Shown here one piece after another: positions 10,589 through 17,322 of a stretch of 64,000 nucleotides of DNA (its first letter is position 1; each line of letters starts with the position of its first letter). The notes under the pieces are model-generated. The model did no database searches and had not been told where the DNA came from. It saw only the letters and a program-made list of their open reading frames with translations. Source of the DNA: Patescibacteria group bacterium (GTDB lineage Bacteria; Patescibacteriota; Minisyncoccia; Minisyncoccales; UBA10102). The DNA is taken from assembly GCA_024239055.1 (NCBI GenBank), contig JANBVJ010000001.1, positions 496,572 through 560,571 on the forward strand, read 5' to 3'. A program made the translations under genes and the position numbers.

Positions 10589-11124
10589 TTTTACAATACA
10601 AGAAAATTATCATTTATGTCGGTGGAACAGTTATTTTACTCTCAATGACCGTCTTTATCTTATATTATTTAGGACAGGGCATTGTAGAGGATTACCAGAC
10701 CCTTCTAATGACAAAGAAGGAAACAGCGCGTATCACAAAGGATATAGAGAATATTGCTGAGTTTGAGAATATTGCCTTGAGTTATGAATCTGAGTTTGTA
10801 TCTTTTGAGGACATCTTCATTAATCCTGATATCCCTATTCCTTTTATTGAGTTTCTTGAAAGGGCTTCTCAAGCTTCTAGCCTGGAACTCAGAATCCTAG
10901 CTCATGACCCTAATAAGATTGAGGGAGATCCTTGGCCATCTATGGATTTTCAACTAACTCTTGAGGGATTTTATCCAAGCTTTATTGAATTTGTGGAGAA
11001 ATTGGAAGCCGCCCCATACCTTGTTGAATTGAGAAATCTTTCAATTAGAAAGTTTAAGAGCAGGACAGATAAACCCGCAGGCCATGGAGAGTTTACGTTA
11101 TTAGTAAGAACATTTGTAAAATGA
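10585..11124 (+). CDS. pilO: PilO-like protein, copy 1
   Basis: N-terminal TM helix and a C-terminal ...LEGFYPSFIEFVEKLEAAPYLVELRNLSI segment resembling PilO. The start overlaps the upstream stop by 4 nt. Confidence 0.55.
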   Translation: MILQYKKIIIYVGGTVILLSMTVFILYYLGQGIVEDYQTLLMTKKETARITKDIENIAEFENIALSYESEFVSFEDIFINPDIPIPFIEFLERASQASSLELRILAHDPNKIEGDPWPSMDFQLTLEGFYPSFIEFVEKLEAAPYLVELRNLSIRKFKSRTDKPAGHGEFTLLVRTFVK

Positions 11125-11423
11125 AGAAGTTCCAAAACATCATTCAAATAATATTACTGTATATAAGAAGGGCACCAAGAATTATTGGCACACATGCTTT
11201 CCCTGTCTTTCTTTTACTTATTACACTCTCCCTTCTAATCTCAGGTAGTATCTTTTTCTTCACTGTCCTTTCTTTGAGAGATGTGGAGCCTGACATTCAG
11301 GGTTCCAAGACAGCTTTTAAAAAAGAGATGTTCTTGGGTATTTTAGATATTTGGGAAAAGAGAAGTGTAATATTGGAGGAGACAGATACCAAAGTATATG
11401 AGGATCTCTTTGAAATAAGATAG
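11121..11423 (+). CDS. Small single-TM protein closing pilMNO cluster 1
   Basis: 100-aa ORF translationally coupled to the PilO-like gene, with one TM helix. It is the positional analogue of 48138..48401. Confidence 0.35.
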   Translation: MKKFQNIIQIILLYIRRAPRIIGTHAFPVFLLLITLSLLISGSIFFFTVLSLRDVEPDIQGSKTAFKKEMFLGILDIWEKRSVILEETDTKVYEDLFEIR

Positions 11424-11425
11424 AA

Positions 11426-11454
11426 TTGACTTTGACGCATATTTGCTGTATAAT
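11426..11454 (+). promoter_or_regulatory. Sigma-70-like promoter for the tRNA-Arg/His pair
   Basis: TTGACT-N17-TATAAT, ending 15 nt before the tRNA 5' end. Confidence 0.55.
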
Positions 11455-11468
11455 CAGATAGACTTTGA

Positions 11469-11545
11469 GCCTCCGTAGCTCAACCGGATAGAGCGACAGT
11501 TTTCTAAACTGTAGGTTGCAGGTTCAAGTCCTGCCGGAGGTACCA
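11469..11545 (+). tRNA. tRNA-Arg (anticodon TCT), CCA encoded
   Basis: Acceptor GCCTCCG/CGGAGGT and anticodon arm ACAGT-TTTCTAA-ACTGT. Confidence 0.9.
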
Positions 11546-11546
11546 T

Positions 11547-11620
11547 GGTGGGCGTAGCTCAATTGGTAGAGCACTTCTTTGTGGAAGAAGTGGTTGCGGG
11601 TTCAAATCCCGTCGCTCACC
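11547..11620 (+). tRNA. tRNA-His (anticodon GTG)
   Basis: Extra G-1, acceptor GTGGGCG/CGCTCAC and anticodon arm CTTCT-TTGTGGA-AGAAG. Confidence 0.9.
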
Positions 11621-11662
11621 CAAATACAAAAGATCGCCTGTTAGGCGGTTTTTTGGTATAAT

Positions 11663-12079
11663 GTGATTATGGAATTACAGGTTGGAGTCAAAATACTATT
11701 ACAGAATAAAGATGGAAAGTATCTTCTTGTTCGGCGTTCTCCAGAAAAGTATCCTGAGATTGAGGCAAAGAACTCATGGGGTATTGTAGGGGGACGCATC
11801 ACCCCAGGCTCTCCTTTGTTTGAGAATCTCAAGAGAGAGGTTAAAGAAGAAACAGAACTTGAGCTTACACAAAAGCCAAAACTCATTGCAGCTCAGGATA
11901 TTCTGCGGATTAGTGGGAGGCATGTTGTACGTTTAACTTATCTTGGAAGTGTAGATGGTGAACCCAAGCTGGATGAGGAGAATATTGATTTTCAGTGGCT
12001 TTCAAGAGATGAGCTTACGTCGGCTCAAGATCTGGATATATATTTTAGGGAACTTCTTGATAAGGGGGCGTTCTTTTAA
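11663..12079 (+). CDS. NUDIX hydrolase
   Basis: Nudix box GGRITPGSPLFENLKREVKEETEL. Confidence 0.8.
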   Translation: MIMELQVGVKILLQNKDGKYLLVRRSPEKYPEIEAKNSWGIVGGRITPGSPLFENLKREVKEETELELTQKPKLIAAQDILRISGRHVVRLTYLGSVDGEPKLDEENIDFQWLSRDELTSAQDLDIYFRELLDKGAFF

Positions 12080-12412
12080 TAATATGGAATACAAAGAGGA
12101 AACAAAAACCCCATCTGCTACGGGATTTTATTCTACTCCTCGTAGTTATAATCGTTGTAGTCATCTTCTTCATCTTCCTCATCATCCTTATTTTCTAGAT
12201 TTTCCTCTTCGGGATCTTCCTTAAGGATGTCATTATCTTCGTCTTCCATATCGAAGATGAAAAAAGGTATAGGGTTATAGTACGCCATTTTAGTATATTT
12301 TTATGTACCATATTATTATAAAAAGTATGGATACTATGTCAAATGAGTTTTTCACAAGAGCAGATTTTAGCTTGTAAATACCCTTATTTTGTAGTATAGT
12401 TGCACAAAGTTT

Positions 12413-12486
12413 GTCCCCGTAGCTCAACTGGATAGAGCGAGACACTCCTAACGTCTAGATTGCAGGTTCGAGTCCTGCCGGGGATA
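12413..12486 (+). tRNA. tRNA-Arg (anticodon CCT)
   Basis: Acceptor GTCCCCG/CGGGGAT and anticodon loop CTCCTAA, with an A-C at pair 31-39. Confidence 0.85.
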
Positions 12487-12487
12487 C

Positions 12488-12560
12488 GGGCCGTTGGCGC
12501 AGCTGGTAGCGCGCTTCCGTGGCACGGAAGAGGTCGCCGGTTCGAGCCCGGCACGGTCCA
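12488..12560 (+). tRNA. tRNA-Ala (anticodon GGC)
   Basis: Acceptor GGGCCGT/ACGGTCC carries the G3:U70 alanine identity pair. Anticodon arm is CTTCC-GTGGCAC-GGAAG. Confidence 0.85.
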
Positions 12561-12566
12561 CATAAA

Positions 12567-12649
12567 GGAGGGTTGGCAGAATGGTTATTGCGCGTCTCTC
12601 GAAAAGTCGTGGGAGAAATCCCTTGTAGGTTCGAATCCTACACCCTCCG
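12567..12649 (+). tRNA. tRNA-Ser (anticodon CGA)
   Basis: Acceptor GGAGGGT/ACCCTCC, G73, a long variable arm (GGGA-GAAA-TCCC) and loop CTCGAAA. The anticodon stem has one T-T mismatch. Confidence 0.75.
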
Positions 12650-12672
12650 CATTAAGTAATACATTTTATAAT

Positions 12673-13047
12673 ATGCCTAAACTTTCTATTTTTTCAAAAC
12701 ATAAGAAGTCTTCCTCTCTAAATGTGAGAGAGTTGGCAAAACAGGTAAAAGAGCTTTCCGAACAGTTAGAGGAGACCCGGCAGGAGTTATCTGTTTTTCA
12801 GAAGGCCATGGAAAAGGCTGTGCAAAAGGTTGCAATTATTAGATTTAACCCTTTTGGTGAACTTGGAGGAGATCAGAGTTTTTCTATTGCATTACTTGAT
12901 TATGATAATGATGGCGTAGTTGTGACGTCTCATTATGGTCGGGATGAGAATAGAGTATATGGCAAGAGAATTAAAAATGGAAAGTCAGAGTATACTCTCT
13001 CAAAAGAAGAGGAGGATGCTGTTACACAAGCAATACACCAAGAATAA
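12673..13047 (+). CDS. DUF4446-like small protein
   Basis: The ATG at 12673 lies after the tRNA cluster, so the listed ORF's first 71 codons are read-through of tRNAs. The motif RFNPFGELGGDQSFSIALLDYDNDGVVVTSHYGR resembles DUF4446 as I recall it. Confidence 0.6.
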   Translation: MPKLSIFSKHKKSSSLNVRELAKQVKELSEQLEETRQELSVFQKAMEKAVQKVAIIRFNPFGELGGDQSFSIALLDYDNDGVVVTSHYGRDENRVYGKRIKNGKSEYTLSKEEEDAVTQAIHQE

Positions 13048-13048
13048 A

Positions 13049-14530
13049 ATGTCAGATGTTGTAGTAAAAACAGATATACGTCCCCCTGTTGTTGTGGTAA
13101 TGGGTCATGTGGATCACGGCAAGTCTTCTATTTTAGAAGCCATACGAGAGGATTTTCGTATTACGGCAAAAGAATCAGGAGGTATTACCCAGCACATTGG
13201 TGCTTACGAAGTGGAACATAAAGGAAAGAAGATTACCTTTTTGGATACTCCGGGACACGAGGCTTTTTCTGCTATGCGAGCTCGGGGGGCCAAGATAGCG
13301 GATATTGCGGTTCTTGTAGTTGCAGCTGATGATAGCGTAAAGTCTCAGACTAAAGAAGCAATCAAGAGTATACAGGAGGCAGAACTTCCAATTGTTGTTG
13401 CCTTCAATAAAATAGATTTGCCTGGAGCCAACGTACAAAAGGCAAAGAATGAGCTAGCACAGAATGACGTTCTTTTAGAAGATGTGGGCGGAAAAGTGCC
13501 CTATGTGGAGACTTCAGCTACTACAAAACAGGGAATTTCTGAACTCTTAGATATGATTCTTTTGGTGGCTGAAATGGAGGAGCTGAAAGGTTCTCCCATA
13601 GGTTTAGCCACGGGAGCTGTAATTGAGTCTCATTTGGACTCCAAGAGAGGACCTGTTGCGACTCTGCTTATTAGACAAGGAAAGCTTTCTGTGGGAGATA
13701 TTATTGGAACTTCTTTTGCTGTTGGTAAGGTACGGATATTAGAGGATTTTGAAGGAAACTCTATTCCTTATGCCATTCCCTCAATGCCCGTGACCGTGCT
13801 GGGTCTTGAGACTCTTGCACCAGTTGGAGAAGAGTTCTCTGTTTTTGATAGTTTAGATGAGGCAAAGGCAGTAGTTAAAACGAAGGATAAGGAGCAGGTA
13901 GTTTTAGATCCAAAGAACGAGACCGTAAATATTGTCTTAAAAGCAGACGTGCAAGGTTCTTTGGAGGCGGTACAGCAGGCGCTCCTATCTTTACCACAAG
14001 ATAAGATTTCATTTAAGTTTATTAAAACTGAGGCAGGTGACATTACAGAGAATGATGTAAAGTTAGCAAGGAACGGAAGCGCCATGATATTGGGTTTTCA
14101 TACAAAGGTGTCTGCCTTTGTTGCTAGCTTGGCAGAACAAGAGAAAGTGCGTATTGAGACCTTTGACGTTATTTATGAGCTTATTGAGAGAGCTCGAAAG
14201 CTCCTGGAGGGTTCTATAAAAGAAGAGATAGTTCGTACGAATACAGGTTCCCTACGAATATTAGCTATTTTTCGAACAGACAAGGGAAAACAGATTATTG
14301 GCGGCGAGGTCTTCCGCGGAGAAGCAAGAAAAGGAGCTGAGGTTGAGATTATAAGGAACGAGGAGATGATAGGGAAAGGAAAGATTACAGGTCTTCAGCG
14401 CAACAAGAAGGAATCAAGTTCGGTACCAGAGGGTGAGGAAGCAGGGTTGTTATATGAAGGAGGAGAAAAGGTTGAAGAGGGAGATGTTCTGGAGTTTTAT
14501 GTAAAGGAAGTTCAGAAGCAAGAGCTGTGA
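13049..14530 (+). CDS. infB: Translation initiation factor IF-2, short form
   Basis: The ATG at 13049 sits 1 nt after the upstream stop. The G domain starts at about residue 10 ([26 protein letters not shown]) and is followed by the C-terminal IF-2 domains. Confidence 0.9.
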   Translation: MSDVVVKTDIRPPVVVVMGHVDHGKSSILEAIREDFRITAKESGGITQHIGAYEVEHKGKKITFLDTPGHEAFSAMRARGAKIADIAVLVVAADDSVKSQTKEAIKSIQEAELPIVVAFNKIDLPGANVQKAKNELAQNDVLLEDVGGKVPYVETSATTKQGISELLDMILLVAEMEELKGSPIGLATGAVIESHLDSKRGPVATLLIRQGKLSVGDIIGTSFAVGKVRILEDFEGNSIPYAIPSMPVTVLGLETLAPVGEEFSVFDSLDEAKAVVKTKDKEQVVLDPKNETVNIVLKADVQGSLEAVQQALLSLPQDKISFKFIKTEAGDITENDVKLARNGSAMILGFHTKVSAFVASLAEQEKVRIETFDVIYELIERARKLLEGSIKEEIVRTNTGSLRILAIFRTDKGKQIIGGEVFRGEARKGAEVEIIRNEEMIGKGKITGLQRNKKESSSVPEGEEAGLLYEGGEKVEEGDVLEFYVKEVQKQEL

Positions 14531-14868
14531 ACCAGAGAATTAAACAGATAAATGAATTGTTGCAGCGTGAGGTTGGAAGTTTGATTGCAAAAGAATCAGA
14601 ACTTCCAGAGGGCGCTGTTATAACCATAACGAGGGTTGACGCCTCTCCAAACTTGCAACAAGCCAAAGTTTATATTAGTGTAATCCCAGAAGAGCAAAAG
14701 GAGAATGCTCTTTTACTATTAAGAAGGAATATCTTTAATATTCAACAGGATCTGAATAAACGACTGCATATGCGTCCTGTTCCCAAGATTATATGGGTGG
14801 ATGATAAAGGAAGTAAAGAGGTAGGGCGGGTTGAGGAGATTTTAGATAATATACAGAAAGAGGAGTAG
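14527..14868 (+). CDS. rbfA: Ribosome-binding factor A
   Basis: 113 aa beginning RIKQINELLQREVGSLI, in the conserved infB-rbfA order with a 4-nt overlap. Confidence 0.85.
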   Translation: MNQRIKQINELLQREVGSLIAKESELPEGAVITITRVDASPNLQQAKVYISVIPEEQKENALLLLRRNIFNIQQDLNKRLHMRPVPKIIWVDDKGSKEVGRVEEILDNIQKEE

Positions 14869-14871
14869 TTA

Positions 14872-14942
14872 GGCGACATGGCCGAGTGGTTAGGCAGAGC
14901 TCTGCAAAAGCTCGTACGGCGGTTCAATTCCGCCTGTCGCCT
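14872..14942 (+). tRNA. tRNA-Cys (anticodon GCA)
   Basis: Acceptor GGCGACA/TGTCGCC, U73 and anticodon arm GAGCT-CTGCAAA-AGCTC. Confidence 0.9.
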
Positions 14943-14956
14943 CATATAGTATTCAT

Positions 14957-15041
14957 GCCCGGGTGGCGGAATTGGAATACGCGGGGGACTTAAAATCCCC
15001 TGCCGCAAGGCTTGTGGGTTCGAGTCCCACCCCGGGCACCA
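14957..15041 (+). tRNA. tRNA-Leu (anticodon TAA), CCA encoded
   Basis: Acceptor GCCCGGG/CCCGGGC, a long variable arm and anticodon arm GGGGA-CTTAAAA-TCCCC. Confidence 0.9.
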
Positions 15042-15174
15042 CGTTAGAAGAGTCAATGCCTCGCTCCGCCTCTGGTGGGGCTCGGCGACCAAATCGTACG
15101 GAGTTTTCGGAGCAAAAAGAAATCCCCGATTCCGTTAGAAGCAGAAAAGAAAAATTTTAAGCATTTAATTTTTG

Positions 15175-15209
15175 AAACGGAAACTTTTCTAAGTTTCTGT
15201 TTTCGTTTT
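15175..15209 (+). terminator. Rho-independent terminator
   Basis: Stem CGGAAACT / AGTTTCTG (one G-U) with a 6-nt loop, followed by TTTTCGTTTT. Confidence 0.5.
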
Positions 15210-15293
15210 GGATTGACGGTATCCATAAAATAATGTAAGGTGGTGAATCAGTTCTTCTTTCCAAATCCGACAAATTGAAGGAGGTGAGTTGCG

Positions 15294-15890
15294 GTGGAAA
15301 TCGCAATAAACGGGGTTGACGGTGTAGGTAAATCAACTTTCATGGATGCGACCCTTTCCCACTTTGAGAGGGCCGGGGTACGAGTATCGGTAGTCGATCT
15401 TCCGTACTTTCGAAAGACTCACGGTTTCAGTCGGGTAAGCCCCTATCTGACTATTTGCGGAGAGTGGATAGAAACGCGTAGTCGCTTTCTCTTCGCAACA
15501 TTCATGGTCTCCATGGCAGTTCTTTTCTTGTTTGCTAGGTGGCGGACACGGCGGGCACAAGTAGTGATTGTTGAGCATCATCCGCGAATTGCGATGATGC
15601 CGTATGCTCTGCTCTATGGTGGCCGTTTCGGTTTAGTTTTAGCTTCGGCTGTTCGAATTCTTTGGCCGAAGCCGGACTACCTCGTGCTCCTCACAGATGA
15701 CCCGTGTGAAATTCAAAGGAGGGTTGTTTGCCGCGGTAGACGCGCGCAGTGGCGACAGTCAGTAGAACGACTGTCATTACTCCAGCAACATATGCTGGAA
15801 GCAACAAGGGAGTTTCCGCGAAGTTATCTTGGGGTAAACATTAGTGCCAGCGAACTGCTCGAAAGTTTGAAGGCAGCGAAATTGCTCTAG
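15294..15890 (+). CDS. P-loop NTPase, thymidylate/nucleoside-kinase-like, in a higher-GC patch
   Basis: GTG start 8 nt after a GAAGGAGGTG SD. Walker A INGVDGVGKST resembles dTMP-kinase-type P-loops. GC is visibly higher than in the flanks. Confidence 0.45.
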   Translation: MEIAINGVDGVGKSTFMDATLSHFERAGVRVSVVDLPYFRKTHGFSRVSPYLTICGEWIETRSRFLFATFMVSMAVLFLFARWRTRRAQVVIVEHHPRIAMMPYALLYGGRFGLVLASAVRILWPKPDYLVLLTDDPCEIQRRVVCRGRRAQWRQSVERLSLLQQHMLEATREFPRSYLGVNISASELLESLKAAKLL

Positions 15891-15925
15891 GGGCGTCCAT
15901 AAACTTGGATGCCCCTTTCTTTTTG
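15890..15925 (+). terminator. Rho-independent terminator
   Basis: GGGGCGTCCA-TAAACT-TGGATGCCCC (one G-U) followed by TTTCTTTTT. Confidence 0.55.
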
Positions 15926-16109
15926 ATGATTTAAAAGAATAAAGAATTTGCCGCCAAAGAAAAACTTGAAATTGTCATTCGTATGGCTCCGTCGCCTTTC
16001 CGAATTTTTGCGGGGGACTTCCTCGCCGCCATAGGCGGCGAAAGCGGTTCGGACTAATTCAAGTATTCTGCATACACAAAAACAACCCTATTTATGGGCT
16101 GTTTTTGAT

Positions 16110-16589
16110 TTAACTTCCGAGTATCTCTACATCTACCAGCTTTGCTCCAAAGTTCTTGGCTTCTATATAAGATGGAAACCAGATGTCCACCTGATATTTT
16201 TTTCTGGGGTGCATTCTATCTTCTACGATGAATACCTTTTCACCATAGAGTTCAGGCAACTTAATTCTTGTTCCTATAGGGACAAAGTTTGCTGCCACAA
16301 TACCTTCTCTGACCCATGTACCTGAAGCCGTAATAAACGGAGTGCTATCTGTTTGGCTCTCCGTAGATGAGTATGCCGTCACCATTACTGGAATGGTTTT
16401 AACAACTCGTTCAGGTAATGTTGGTGCAATGATAGGTAATAGAGTGTTGGTTTGCGAGAGCACTAACCTTTCTCCAATACTTGGAGGTTCGTCTAATGTA
16501 GTCTCTAATGGTCCTCCGGCAGCAGGTATAATTGCCATAACTGAAAGAGAAATAGCAGCTGCCCCAATTTGTTTTGTAAGTGTTTTCAT
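16110..16589 (-). CDS. Secreted 3D-domain (RlpA/MltA-like double-psi barrel) protein
   Basis: Signal/TM N-terminus, then VTAYSSTESQTDSTPFITASGTWVREGIVAAN...GTRIKLP...FIVEDRMHPR...VDIW, which is typical of the 3D domain. Confidence 0.7.
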   Translation of the reverse strand: MKTLTKQIGAAAISLSVMAIIPAAGGPLETTLDEPPSIGERLVLSQTNTLLPIIAPTLPERVVKTIPVMVTAYSSTESQTDSTPFITASGTWVREGIVAANFVPIGTRIKLPELYGEKVFIVEDRMHPRKKYQVDIWFPSYIEAKNFGAKLVDVEILGS

Positions 16590-16784
16590 ATATTGTCTTT
16601 CTTACTCAGACATTCAGCTAGTATATACCATGTAAAGTGGAAAGTCAAGGTGTTGTACCGCATGTCTGATTTTATCCACAAAAGATGATTTGACACTTTT
16701 TTCCCATCCCATTACAATAGGACTTACCTTTGTTGTTGTATAGGGTGAAAGTGCTACTATACAACATATTGACATTTAAAGCAC

Positions 16785-17234
16785 ATGAATTGTCCAATTT
16801 GTCAAGGTGAAACTAAAGTAGTGAACTCGCGCCCTGGAGATCAGGGGCGTTCTATACGGAGACGTCGCGAGTGCTTGAAGTGCCGCCAGAGGTTTAGCAC
16901 ATACGAGAAGATATCCCTTATTGACTTTCAAGTACGAAAGTCAGACGGTAAAAAAGAGCCCTATTATCGACATAAGCTAGAAGGTGGATTAAGAAAGGCT
17001 TTGGATCGACGTCCTGTAGCTGAGAAAGAGTTTCAGAAGCTTCTCTTTACAATTGAGAACGATATCTTCAATCTTGAAAAGGAGACAGTATCCACTGAGC
17101 AGATTGGACGCATTGTACTTACCCACTTAAGAGAAATGGACAAGGTAGCATATCTAAGATTCGCGTCCATTCACCGAAACTTTAGAAGTCCTAGGGAGTT
17201 TGAGAGGGAGATTCAAAAACTTGAAAAGGCCTGA
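16785..17234 (+). CDS. nrdR: Transcriptional repressor NrdR
   Basis: Zn ribbon MNCPICQGETKVVNSR...RRRRECLKCRQRFSTYE plus an ATP-cone. Confidence 0.9.
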   Translation: MNCPICQGETKVVNSRPGDQGRSIRRRRECLKCRQRFSTYEKISLIDFQVRKSDGKKEPYYRHKLEGGLRKALDRRPVAEKEFQKLLFTIENDIFNLEKETVSTEQIGRIVLTHLREMDKVAYLRFASIHRNFRSPREFEREIQKLEKA

Positions 17235-17322
17235 TACATCATACATCCTCCATTCTGTTACACGAGAGGTGGAATGGAGTGGAGGGTGTGTGCACATACT
17301 AACTATTTAATATTGTCACGTT

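Noticed and set aside
12460-12672. N-terminal 71 codons of the listed ORF 12460..13047
   Set aside because: This stretch is read-through of three tRNA genes (Arg, Ala, Ser). The real CDS starts at ATG 12673.
14742-15160. Listed ORFs 14742..15092 (-) and 14963..15160 (+)
   Set aside because: They overlap tRNA-Cys and tRNA-Leu and the 3' end of rbfA, and they have no coding-like features.
17235-17322. Cobalamin riboswitch upstream of the B12-dependent nrdJ
   Set aside because: The spacer is only 88 nt, far shorter than a cobalamin riboswitch, and I saw no B12-box-like sequence.
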